From a candidate division WOR-3 bacterium (GTDB taxonomy: Bacteria; SDB-A): DNA of 52,244 nt. Shown piece by piece: positions 24,341 through 33,839 of the stretch. The stretch lies in the NCBI GenBank assembly GCA_016934535.1, contig JAFGSQ010000054.1, positions 1 to 52,244 of the forward strand, in the 5' to 3' direction. Both the position numbers and the translations under genes were made by a program. Within the stretch, counting starts at the first letter, position 1. Every line of letters starts with the position of its first letter. The notes below the pieces were generated by a model. That model was given only the letters and a program-made list of their open reading frames with translations. It was not told the DNA's origin and searched no databases.

Positions 24341-27298
24341 TCACTCCAAAGGCGTTCCGACCACGAGAGGCCGGTTAATTGAAGTTTCTGTACCGTCCGG
24401 GGATTTGAAGCTGTAATTTATAATATAGACTCCTATACCCGCGGAAATTCCGTACTCAGTGATGCCGTCCCAGATTATCAGCTGAGGACCGCTGGAGGCG
24501 TTTTCAAGAAGCGTTTTTACAAGTCTTCCCTCCATGTCGAATATTCTCAGCGCAATTCTTGATCCTAAAGGAGAATTTAAAAACAAATTGAGATTTTCTC
24601 CTATAGAAAAAGAGACGGGATTCGGATAGACAGTGATGTTCTGTGATTCTGAAACCGGTCCGAAATCGACAGGTTGAAGATCCGTCTGGAATCTCGGCAA
24701 AAGCTGATATCCCGTGGCCGGAGGTTCATCGTATGTGTACTGGCCTACGACGCCGTATATGCTTAACAATTGACCGGGTTTTATGAATGAAAGGTCAAGC
24801 GCCGCGGCGTCGTTCACTCTGACGGTTAGCAGTGTCCTTCCATTCCTGACGGTGAAATCACTGCCTGTGCCGCTTTGCTGTGGGTAAGTCGTAATGACCG
24901 AATTGGATACTTTTACGAGTCTTCCTTCGACGATTTCGTGCAATCCCTCGTTTTCTTTGAGCGCTAAAGTGTCAGGTAAAGGTCTTTCCAGTCCCACTAA
25001 TTCTACTGAATCCGGAGCCGAATAGACAAGTTCAGTCACTCCGTTGTATTCAGTGATCACACCCCTCGCCACGACTTCGGCACCGAGAACAAAAGAAGTG
25101 TTGCCTTTGTCCTGTGAAGAAAAAACGTTTATACCGCCTGTCGAATCCTGTATCCAGAAAGAAGTTTTGGTGGTTGATCCGTTGAAAATTGCGGAGGGAC
25201 CTGTGACTACTCCCGAAACAGCGACGTAACGGCCCTGCATCGAGGAATTGTATCCTCCGGAATCCGGAGATTGTGCAAGAGCTATCGGCAGGACTGCCCA
25301 GATTTCCGGAGAGAGGTATGTTTCCTGAAGGAATTGTGCCTGTTCAACCGATGTTTTTGTTTTCAATGTAAATTTTCCGAAAGAATCCGGAGCCGTGACG
25401 TTTCTGAAAACTATTTCGCATGAACTGTCCGGCGGCAGGTGGAGGTTCCCGACGAACACAACATACCTTCTCGACGAGCCGTTTCCAGCGACGGAGTCGA
25501 CAACGGCAGGCTGACTTATGAGGACATCGGAGGTGTTCCCGCTCCAATGCCATGATGTGTCGGTAAATTCGAAAGACGCGCAGTTCAACGAGTCAATCTC
25601 GGACGTAAGTATTACGGTTATCTCACCGATCGATGAAACAGGGACGGAAGAGAGAAATGAATTAGCAAAACCGCTTCCGTCTCCGCCTTTGCGTATATCG
25701 TAAATGCCTCTCGGCATTAATTGATAACCCGTCGTGAACGGGGATGAAGGGCAGTACTGGGATATCACACCCGTAATTGAAAAACCGTCCGGCGGCAAAG
25801 GTTTTCCCGCGATATCACCGGTCTCTATCCTCAGTTCGAAACTTCCGGTTGGATCCTGTATAGTCATGTTCTGGCCTGTTTGCGGAAACACGGGTGCAGT
25901 TCTCAAAAGATTGTCGATTCTCACGAGTTTTCCTTCAAAATTTTCCACTCCTCCCGAACCTTCAAGAGAGAGGGTCGAACAGGTTGCTGTGACCGGATCA
26001 CGCGGCGTGCAGGTAAAAGGTCCCGACAATACAGTGGACGGCGACAGTTCAGTCAAGCCGTTCCATTGTGTCATTGTTCCCTGAAAAACCGCGCTGTCAC
26101 CTATGGAAAGACCGCCCCCGGGATTGTAAACGCAGACGCCCGCCGTGTTGTCCCAGAGGAAATACTGACCTCCTAATTCTCCGGCAACGGTCATTATTCC
26201 GGTTATTTTGACGGTTTCTCCGAGAAGGAGCGGAACGCCCTGAGAATTATTCTGTCTTAAAAGAGATATCGGCACCGTTCCGTCTAATCTGCTGACAAGG
26301 ATTTCCGGAAAATCCGAAACAGGGGATAGGGAAGTGTCCGATTGGGTTCCCGTGTACACGGCGAGTGTTTCTACTCCCGAAAGCCGAGGGGTCAAGTCGG
26401 CAAGGTTTAGATGCCCACCCGCGAGAGAAGTGATCCCTGCGTTTTCAATGTATAATGTGTCACCGGTTATTGTCAAAGTGGCGTTGAGAAATCCTGCTCC
26501 CGACAGGGTGTACGAACCCGGAAACTCGAAATTTTCCGGGATCAAGAGGATAATGCGGTTGATCTCGCCGAAATCGACAGAAAAAGATACGACAACATTT
26601 TCCGGAACTCCTTCAGTCAGCTGATTTGGATTAACGGTGACTCTTCCAATTCCGGAAAAAGAACCGTATATATCGAAGTCGCCGCGCGGTTCGAGTTTAA
26701 AATCGTCGTATGAATAATTAAGTATTCCGACCAATGCGGCGAGAGTGTCACCCAGAGAGGGCATCGTGTAAGAAGCTTCGTCATTGACTCTGCATGGACC
26801 GGAACCGTCGTTTATTTCCCATTCGCCGTAGCCTAGATTGACGTCAGTAACCACCGGATTCATGATTCCGACCAGCACTCCTTCGTACATTTCGGCCGTA
26901 TCCGGATTACTCGTCGCCAGAGCGCTCGTTGTCACTAAAGTTGGCGCTGGAATGTCACAATCCGTCGATAGTACTGTCAGCGAGCTGAGATATCCAATCT
27001 CTGTCTTGCCGTAGTATTCTGAGACAGTGCCGGTAACTTTTATCGAGTCTCCCGTTCTCACAGTATAGTAGCTCGTGTAAATCAAAATTCCGCTGTAAGG
27101 ACCGACTGAATCCTGAATGTATATCGGATCGTTTGTAAAAGTGCCGTTTTGGACCGTCACTACACCTGAAGTAGTCACCACAGTTCCTATGTACTGCCCC
27201 GTAGTGTCAGATTGTATGTCTCTGATCCTCACATCAGCCGTTAAAGTGAAAACCGGCAAAATGAGAAAAATTAAAAAAAGACGGCGTTTATCAGCCAT
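24341..27298 (-). CDS. Large secreted protein with three tandem OB-fold pairs (YhcR/ExeM-like) and an FlgD-Ig/T9SS-like C-terminal domain
   Basis: Three repeats of G.V...GVVT...IQD..G...GD.V...G...EY.G.TEL, each followed by E..EG.LV......Y.L.PR...DI. The C-terminus is VYPNP...IFDMEGRLVKTL...WDG...GVYI. GGAGG RBS. Confidence 0.85.
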   Translation of the reverse strand: MADKRRLFLIFLILPVFTLTADVRIRDIQSDTTGQYIGTVVTTSGVVTVQNGTFTNDPIYIQDSVGPYSGILIYTSYYTVRTGDSIKVTGTVSEYYGKTEIGYLSSLTVLSTDCDIPAPTLVTTSALATSNPDTAEMYEGVLVGIMNPVVTDVNLGYGEWEINDGSGPCRVNDEASYTMPSLGDTLAALVGILNYSYDDFKLEPRGDFDIYGSFSGIGRVTVNPNQLTEGVPENVVVSFSVDFGEINRIILLIPENFEFPGSYTLSGAGFLNATLTITGDTLYIENAGITSLAGGHLNLADLTPRLSGVETLAVYTGTQSDTSLSPVSDFPEILVSRLDGTVPISLLRQNNSQGVPLLLGETVKITGIMTVAGELGGQYFLWDNTAGVCVYNPGGGLSIGDSAVFQGTMTQWNGLTELSPSTVLSGPFTCTPRDPVTATCSTLSLEGSGGVENFEGKLVRIDNLLRTAPVFPQTGQNMTIQDPTGSFELRIETGDIAGKPLPPDGFSITGVISQYCPSSPFTTGYQLMPRGIYDIRKGGDGSGFANSFLSSVPVSSIGEITVILTSEIDSLNCASFEFTDTSWHWSGNTSDVLISQPAVVDSVAGNGSSRRYVVFVGNLHLPPDSSCEIVFRNVTAPDSFGKFTLKTKTSVEQAQFLQETYLSPEIWAVLPIALAQSPDSGGYNSSMQGRYVAVSGVVTGPSAIFNGSTTKTSFWIQDSTGGINVFSSQDKGNTSFVLGAEVVARGVITEYNGVTELVYSAPDSVELVGLERPLPDTLALKENEGLHEIVEGRLVKVSNSVITTYPQQSGTGSDFTVRNGRTLLTVRVNDAAALDLSFIKPGQLLSIYGVVGQYTYDEPPATGYQLLPRFQTDLQPVDFGPVSESQNITVYPNPVSFSIGENLNLFLNSPLGSRIALRIFDMEGRLVKTLLENASSGPQLIIWDGITEYGISAGIGVYIINYSFKSPDGTETSINRPLVVGTPLE

Positions 27299-27319
27299 TC
27301 CGGGCCTCCTTTAAGATTT

Positions 27320-27910
27320 TCACTTTATTTCACGGACGTTTTTTTCGATTTTTTCAAATTTCCTGCCGCAATTCGCACAAACGCAGGTTTCTTTTTTCTC
27401 TCCGTTCAAAGTCAAAGGAAGATTCACTCCGCACTCGCAAATCCAACCTCTGATTTTTGCGGGAACCCCCATGACGAGAGCGTAATCCGGTACATCCCTG
27501 GTAATGACTGCTCCGGCCGCGACCATCGCCCATTTACCGACCGTATTGCCGCAGACAATCGTCGAATTGGCGCCGAGGGTTGCGCCTTTTTTAACGGTAG
27601 TCGGAATCCATTTTCCGCCTTTTGGATATGGGGCTCGCGGGTTTACGTCGTTTGTAAAAACCATTGAAGGGCCGGCAAAAACACCGTCCTCGAGAGTTAC
27701 CATGGCGTAAACGGAGACATTGTTCTGAAGCTTGACTCCGTCTCCAAGGACTGCTTTATCGTCTACGTAGCAGTTTTGACTGACAGAACAGTTTTTCCCT
27801 ATTTTAGCGCCGGATCTGACATGGCTGAAATGCCATATTTTTGTGCCTTCTCCAATGTCAGCTCCGCTGTCGATCACGGCAGTTTCGTGGGCGTAATATT
27901 TATCTGACAA
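27320..27910 (-). CDS. Hexapeptide-repeat N-acetyltransferase (WbpD/WlbB-like) with a C-terminal Cys cluster
   Basis: IGEGTKIWHFSHV, KLQNNVSVY, GPSMVFTND and GAVITRDVP...GVPA; CECG...CANCG tail. A TTG start at 27910 follows an AAGGAG RBS. Confidence 0.9.
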   Translation of the reverse strand: MSDKYYAHETAVIDSGADIGEGTKIWHFSHVRSGAKIGKNCSVSQNCYVDDKAVLGDGVKLQNNVSVYAMVTLEDGVFAGPSMVFTNDVNPRAPYPKGGKWIPTTVKKGATLGANSTIVCGNTVGKWAMVAAGAVITRDVPDYALVMGVPAKIRGWICECGVNLPLTLNGEKKETCVCANCGRKFEKIEKNVREIK

Positions 27911-28835
27911 GTCGGTCTCCTTTTGACTGAAAAAATTCAATTGTTTTTTTCAATCCTTCGCCGAGAGTGGTTTCAGGTTTCCATCCGAGTTCAGATTGAG
28001 CTTTCGCATAACTGGCTACGCTTCTTCGCAGTTCTCCGGGTCTGGTGTCTTTCAAGAGAGGTTCCGGGACGCCACTGAAGTGTTTTTTCATCTCGTTGAA
28101 AAGCTCCAGAACGGAAGTGGCGACGCCGGTAGAAATGTTGTATATCTCTCCGGAGGAACCTGAATCAACGGCTTTGACAACCGCTCTGACGACGTCTCCG
28201 ACGAAAACGTAATCTCTCTCCAGTTTGCCGTGACCATACAGGATTGATTGTTTTTTAGCTTTCAACTGTTTGGCAAAAATCGCCACCACTCCGGCCTCTC
28301 CGTGAGGATCCTGCCTGGGTCCGTACACATTGGTGAATCTGAGGATCGTGTAATTCAATCCGAAATTGTGCAGATATGATCTGAGATAATGTTCACCGGC
28401 CAGCTTGCTCACTCCGTAGGGAGAAACAGGAACGGGGAAAGTCTTTTCGTCTGCCGGAGACGCGGTGTCTCCGTACATGACACCGGCCGAAGAAACGAAA
28501 ACAATTTTGCCTACTCCGTTTCTGGCGGCCGAATCGAGAATATTCAAAAGTCCTTGAACGTTGACCTTGAGATCGAAAAGCGGATCCGAGACCGATTTAC
28601 GTACGTCAATCTGGGCGGCAAAATGAATGATCCTGTCGTATTTGTTTTCAGCGAAAAGCGTACCGAAATCGAACTCTGTAATATCTTCTTTTATAAAAAA
28701 GGCTTCGCGGGGAATGTTTTCGTTTTTTCCTGAAGAAAGATTATCCATAACTGTTACGTCGTGTCCCGAGTTTATCAATGCGTCGCAGGAATGCGAGCCT
28801 ATAAAACCGGCTCCGCCGGTGACCAATATTTTCAT
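27900..28835 (-). CDS. NAD-dependent epimerase/dehydratase (UDP-glucose 4-epimerase-like)
   Basis: GGAGFIG, YGVSK (YxxxK) and NVYGPRQDPHGEAGVVAIF. Confidence 0.95.
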   Translation of the reverse strand: MKILVTGGAGFIGSHSCDALINSGHDVTVMDNLSSGKNENIPREAFFIKEDITEFDFGTLFAENKYDRIIHFAAQIDVRKSVSDPLFDLKVNVQGLLNILDSAARNGVGKIVFVSSAGVMYGDTASPADEKTFPVPVSPYGVSKLAGEHYLRSYLHNFGLNYTILRFTNVYGPRQDPHGEAGVVAIFAKQLKAKKQSILYGHGKLERDYVFVGDVVRAVVKAVDSGSSGEIYNISTGVATSVLELFNEMKKHFSGVPEPLLKDTRPGELRRSVASYAKAQSELGWKPETTLGEGLKKTIEFFQSKGDRLVR

Positions 28836-28864
28836 TTGCTCTCCTTTTATAGCGGTAAAGCTTC

Positions 28865-28932
28865 AAGTTAAATTATCGTCACCTTCCTGTCAAGTTTATA
28901 TGCTTGACAATGTTTTTGTAATGTCTGAAAAT
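28865..28932. promoter_or_regulatory. Back-to-back divergent sigma70-like promoters
   Basis: Inverted TGTCAAG-N8-CTTGACA (28888-28909) gives TTGACA on both strands; -10 candidates at 17 bp are TAACTT (minus) and GAAAAT (plus). Confidence 0.45.
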
Positions 28933-28954
28933 TTATTAAAAATTCGGGGGTGCT

Positions 28955-29347
28955 ATGGAAAATCCTAAATTCCAGATAACAGAAGACTTTCTGAAAGAAA
29001 ATTCAAAAAAAATCAGCGATGAAGACCTTAAGAGGGTCGTCGAGAAAGCCGACGAAATTGAAACAAGGGTAAAAAAAAGCAACATCCTTTCACGTTTTTA
29101 CGACGACATAAAAATGTCTCTATCGATGATTAAAGACTACACGGCGGGTAAATACAAAAAGATTCCGTATTGGGCGCTCTCTTCAATTGCTTTTACGGTT
29201 TTATACATAATAAATCCTGCGGACCTTTTTGCCGATCCTCTGCCGGTTTTAGGTCAGATAGACGACGCCGCACTGATAGGAATATGCCTTTACATGATAG
29301 AAAAGGATTTAAGAAAATACAGGGACTGGAAAACCGGTCTTAAATGA
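28955..29347 (+). CDS. YkvA/DUF1232 family protein
   Basis: YKKIPYW...LYIINPADLFADPLPVLGQIDDA matches the Y..P.D..PD..P..G..DD signature. Confidence 0.88.
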   Translation: MENPKFQITEDFLKENSKKISDEDLKRVVEKADEIETRVKKSNILSRFYDDIKMSLSMIKDYTAGKYKKIPYWALSSIAFTVLYIINPADLFADPLPVLGQIDDAALIGICLYMIEKDLRKYRDWKTGLK

Positions 29348-32300
29348 AGTTTATCAACCGCAGGTACAGAATAGACGGCGAGATAGGCCAGGGAGCCTAC
29401 GGTGTTATTTACAAAGTGACCGATCTTTGGGCGGGTAGAAAAAACCCGAAAATCCTGAAGATTTTCAACACGGACAAACTCGGGAATCAGGATCTAGAGG
29501 GTTTCAAAAACGAATATTTTTACACAAAGAACATCGACATACCCTGCGCTGTAAAAACCTATTCCTTCGAAAAGATTTACAACATCGACGGATTTTCATT
29601 TTACGGAAATTATTATTTCTACACAATGAATTTCGTGAGAGGCGAAAAAATTTCAACTTTTTCCGCATCGTCTAAAAAAGACAGAAAAATACTCGCCGAA
29701 AAAATCCTGTTCTCTTTAAAATGGCTTCACGCAAACGGATACGGTCACGGCGACCTGCATCCTGACAACATCCTGCTGGACGAAAACGATCAAATTGTAT
29801 TTCTCGACTTCATACAGCCGAAAAACATAGAACTTAACAAAGAAAACCTGACCGATTTCGTTATGGAAATAACAGGGATCAAACTTGATCCTGATAAAGA
29901 AAGTTTTCGACACGTAACTCCCAAAAGCGTCTTTGAAATCCTCAAAAAGAATTACAAACTCAACATGGGAACTCTTCGGTATGTCAGAAAAACGTTTGAC
30001 ACGGCTTTTAATCGTTCTGAAAAAGACAAAGGCAGATGTTTCAGAATAAATGCAGTCAATTATAAGAAATCTTATTACGATATTGTAAAGGATTATTTTA
30101 AATCATACGCTGAAATTCACGATTTTTTCTTCATTGATCTCGATCTTTCAAAAGATCCCTTGGCTTATTTCAGCGAATTCAGAGAACAGATGATTAAATC
30201 CCTTGATTTGAGGGGTATAAAATCCAGTGAAATAACAAAAGACGAAGCCATACTAAACGGCGAATCCAAAGCGCTGGAGCACATATTGTCGTCCGTCGTA
30301 AAACTTTCCTATTACGGTAAAGTCGCCATGAGCATAGAAGGGGATGATTGCGATCAGAAAATTACAAATGCCGTCGACAGGATTATGAGAGGTTTCAACG
30401 GAGAAAACCTGTTGATGTTTACCTGTGTTCCAACAAAATCCGATCAGGAAAGTCACTCGTATGATGTTTTTGATCCGCCTGATAAAGACGAATACGCGGA
30501 CGAAATTTCCGGCAAAATCAAAGACCTTTTCTACAACATTGACACCGGCAATCTGACGGACTATATGAGAAAAAACGGGAACTATGACCTTTGCGGTGTC
30601 CTTGAAAGAGTCCTGAAATCACCTGGCGGAATGGACAGAAACGGGAAACTCCTGATTCTTGGCAACAGAATAAGAAAGCACCTGAATGACGAATACAACG
30701 GAAAATTTCTCTCTGTAAAAAAACAGAAAGAATATGAAGAATTTTTCGCTTTTTTTGACCTTCTTATCAAGCCGGCAAATATTTCATTGTTAAAAATGTT
30801 TTTATCGGAAAGCTCTGAAAAAAACACGGAGAGGGTGATAGGGGAGCTATTAAATTCAGGTATCGTATCAAGAAACAGCCCAAACTCTCTGAATTATTTC
30901 GATGAAAATACAGAAAACAGAGTCGGTTCAATCATAAGAAACTCTGAATTAAAAAAACGTGCTGCAGAACGAATAATCGAATTTCTCGAAGGGAAAGAAC
31001 TGACGGTTGAAGAAGAAAAACTTCTGCTCAGTTTATATCTTTCATCGGGTTTAATTAATAAATATGCGTCTTATCTATATCACAATTTCATCGAGCCTTT
31101 CAGGACTTCGACAAACCTGGCAAAAATCACGGGCGATTTTTTTGAAAAAATCAACATTCGATCCAAGTTAAAAGAATCGGACATTAAAGATCCCGTGTTG
31201 AAAGAGGCGGTTGAATACGCTCAGATAAAAACAGCAAATCAGGTGGATATAGTCGAAAGGAACCGAAAACTTAATAATTTTATCCTGAAAAGAAAACCTT
31301 CAAAAATAATTCTTATTTACGTTTATTTCGATTTTTTCAATCAGTTCCTAAACGCCGGCGACATGCAGAATTCGAACACTTTTTACACAAAAATACTCCA
31401 GGAAAAAGAATATTTCAATGAATTTCAAAAACTTGCTTTTCTGATATACGAAGCTAAATTTTTCATTCTTAACTCTGATTTTTTAAAAGCTCTCTATGAT
31501 TTGAGGATATTTTTCAAACAAATCGTCAATAAAAAACACCGAAAATACGCTTATTTGCATTTGAATGCTCTTGAGACCCTTTCGGATTGCTATCACAATG
31601 GCGGTCAAATGATAAAATTCGTCAACACTCTCAAGATATATATGGTCAAAGCTGAAGAGATTTCAACGGTTTCAAAAGATTTCAGCTATCTATTTTCCTC
31701 GAACACAAATTTCGCTTTTTATCACTATAAGTACGGCAATCCTCAAATAGCCAAAAAACACTTTCAAATAGCTCTCGATATCGCTAAAAAAAATGGCGAT
31801 TACAACGATTTGATTCTCGCGTGCAACAATCTGGCTGCAATAGAAAACGACACTATAATGACACTTGCGTATTTAAAAGACGCGTTAAAATATTCAAAAC
31901 TTCTGGGCGAGAACATATATATATATCTTGTTCTTTCCAACATACTTTCATTGAACATTGAACCCTTGGAAAAATACAAATTTCTTGAACAAAATTATTC
32001 CCTTGTCAAAAGATGTTACAAAGACCATGAAATTTCAGTAAAGTTCTGCCTGAACATCTTTTATTCAATCATAAGCATATTGTTGTCGCTGAATAAAAAA
32101 GATGAACTTGTTTCATTTTTCGACCATCTGAAAAAGACTGAAATTGAAAAAAATAAAATGCCCGACGCATATCTTTTTAAAAAAATCGTGGCTTTGTTTT
32201 ATGAAATTAACGTAAATGGATATAAAAACGAGTATTATAAAATGTTTTATGATATTCTGGACGAATTTAAAAATATAAATAACTATGATTTAATTCTTTA

Positions 32301-33762
32301 CATGTATATTAACGATCTATTTAATCTTATTGACGACAGACAGATCCAGTTTATTTCAAAAAAACTTATAGCATCATTCAAAGACAAGACAACTGGTGAT
32401 GAAATTAACGCCATCAGGATATTTGTAAAATTAAGATCGTCAAAAATTGATTCCAAGGCGATAATAAGATACATTGAAAGATACGTATCTGGCATATCAA
32501 ACAGGAATTACATAACATACAGATTAATTTTTTATCTGGCCAGCGCTTATAAAAAAACGGGAAATGTTGAGTATAAAAACCTTTTATCTTACACAGCAAG
32601 TGAGCTTTCATTTGAAATGTCGCAATATTCAAATAAACGTTTTTTTAAAAAGACTCACTACGGCAAAGCGCTTGAAATTTTCAGGAAGGATTTTCCTTCT
32701 GAGTATAAACTTCTTATAGAAAAAAGAAAAAAAATTCATTTTACAAAGACAGACATGAACGAAGTCAACAGCCAACTTCATTTGAATTACTTTTCAGAAA
32801 GAGAAACTCTCTTGAAAAAAATACTTTCAACTTTGCTGGAGACAATGAATTACGACAGAGGAGCATTTTTTTCGTCTTTGCACAGCAAGTCGCCGGAATT
32901 AGTGGTTTACAGAAAGAAATATTATTATTCGGACGATGAGATGTTTTTTCTTGACAGGATTCCGCTTGAAAAAGCAGGAGAAATAAACATAAATGAAATA
33001 TATGATCCAAACCTTTCTGTTAAATCATACATTACGATACCCGTTGTAAATGAATTTTATTACAAACGATTCATGCATCACTTCGTTGCAAAAACAAAAA
33101 AATCCAAGTCATCTCTTGGGAGATCAGCTCTGTATGAAAGAGAATTACTGAACGGAGTCTTGTATTTAGACAAGAAAAACGATCTTAGAACTGATTACGA
33201 CATGGAATATCTCGGATTACTGTCTTTTACGATATCTCAATACTGGAATTACAGCACTGCAGAAAAGCTGTTTATGAGAGACGGACTGACAAAACTGTAT
33301 CTGAGAAACGTATTTTTAAACAAATTGAGAGAAATGATACACGGAGAAAAGGATTCAGTAGATAAACTGACCCTTATTATGGTGGATATTGACAATTTCA
33401 AGAACGTCAATGATTTACTCGGACATGCCAGGGGTGATTATGTTTTGAAAAAACTCGCCGAAATAATGAAAAAGAAAATTAGATCTTCCGATATTCTTGG
33501 AAGATATGGCGGAGAAGAGTTTCTGATTGCTTTGCCAAATACAGATATTTACAACGGTAAAATTGTAGCCGATAAAGTACGAGAAGCGGTCGAAAGGTCA
33601 AAAATCCTCGGAGATGTCATGAATTTGACTGTCAGCTGTGGAGTAGCTGAGTATCCAAAAGATTCTAACTGGATAGAAGAATTGATTGAGAAAACTGACA
33701 AATATCTTATAAAAGCAAAACTATTAGGAAAAAACAGCGTAATATCGTCACTTGATGAGTAA
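29344..33762 (+). CDS. Multidomain diguanylate cyclase: truncated Ser/Thr-kinase-like N-terminus, helical/TPR middle, GAF-like region and GGDEF
   Basis: IGQGAYGVIYKV and HGDLHPDNILL; TPR-like AKKHFQIALDIAKK...NNLA; DGLTKLY, DIDNFKNVND..GH..GD, RSSD I-site and GGEEF. Confidence 0.9.
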   Translation: MKFINRRYRIDGEIGQGAYGVIYKVTDLWAGRKNPKILKIFNTDKLGNQDLEGFKNEYFYTKNIDIPCAVKTYSFEKIYNIDGFSFYGNYYFYTMNFVRGEKISTFSASSKKDRKILAEKILFSLKWLHANGYGHGDLHPDNILLDENDQIVFLDFIQPKNIELNKENLTDFVMEITGIKLDPDKESFRHVTPKSVFEILKKNYKLNMGTLRYVRKTFDTAFNRSEKDKGRCFRINAVNYKKSYYDIVKDYFKSYAEIHDFFFIDLDLSKDPLAYFSEFREQMIKSLDLRGIKSSEITKDEAILNGESKALEHILSSVVKLSYYGKVAMSIEGDDCDQKITNAVDRIMRGFNGENLLMFTCVPTKSDQESHSYDVFDPPDKDEYADEISGKIKDLFYNIDTGNLTDYMRKNGNYDLCGVLERVLKSPGGMDRNGKLLILGNRIRKHLNDEYNGKFLSVKKQKEYEEFFAFFDLLIKPANISLLKMFLSESSEKNTERVIGELLNSGIVSRNSPNSLNYFDENTENRVGSIIRNSELKKRAAERIIEFLEGKELTVEEEKLLLSLYLSSGLINKYASYLYHNFIEPFRTSTNLAKITGDFFEKINIRSKLKESDIKDPVLKEAVEYAQIKTANQVDIVERNRKLNNFILKRKPSKIILIYVYFDFFNQFLNAGDMQNSNTFYTKILQEKEYFNEFQKLAFLIYEAKFFILNSDFLKALYDLRIFFKQIVNKKHRKYAYLHLNALETLSDCYHNGGQMIKFVNTLKIYMVKAEEISTVSKDFSYLFSSNTNFAFYHYKYGNPQIAKKHFQIALDIAKKNGDYNDLILACNNLAAIENDTIMTLAYLKDALKYSKLLGENIYIYLVLSNILSLNIEPLEKYKFLEQNYSLVKRCYKDHEISVKFCLNIFYSIISILLSLNKKDELVSFFDHLKKTEIEKNKMPDAYLFKKIVALFYEINVNGYKNEYYKMFYDILDEFKNINNYDLILYMYINDLFNLIDDRQIQFISKKLIASFKDKTTGDEINAIRIFVKLRSSKIDSKAIIRYIERYVSGISNRNYITYRLIFYLASAYKKTGNVEYKNLLSYTASELSFEMSQYSNKRFFKKTHYGKALEIFRKDFPSEYKLLIEKRKKIHFTKTDMNEVNSQLHLNYFSERETLLKKILSTLLETMNYDRGAFFSSLHSKSPELVVYRKKYYYSDDEMFFLDRIPLEKAGEININEIYDPNLSVKSYITIPVVNEFYYKRFMHHFVAKTKKSKSSLGRSALYERELLNGVLYLDKKNDLRTDYDMEYLGLLSFTISQYWNYSTAEKLFMRDGLTKLYLRNVFLNKLREMIHGEKDSVDKLTLIMVDIDNFKNVNDLLGHARGDYVLKKLAEIMKKKIRSSDILGRYGGEEFLIALPNTDIYNGKIVADKVREAVERSKILGDVMNLTVSCGVAEYPKDSNWIEELIEKTDKYLIKAKLLGKNSVISSLDE

Positions 33763-33811
33763 ATCCAATGGTTTGATAGATGTATAAAAGAAATGTTGTA
33801 GCGAAAAATAA

Positions 33812-33839
33812 AGCGCCGATAATAAACATTATGTTAAAT
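33812..33839 (+). other. Candidate dif (XerC/XerD recombination) site
   Basis: AGCGCCGATAA-TAAACA-TTATGTTAAAT. The right arm is identical to the E. coli XerD arm, the ATAA-N6-TTAT core is intact and the left arm matches GGTGCGCATAA at 7/11. It is intergenic between convergent genes. Confidence 0.7.
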
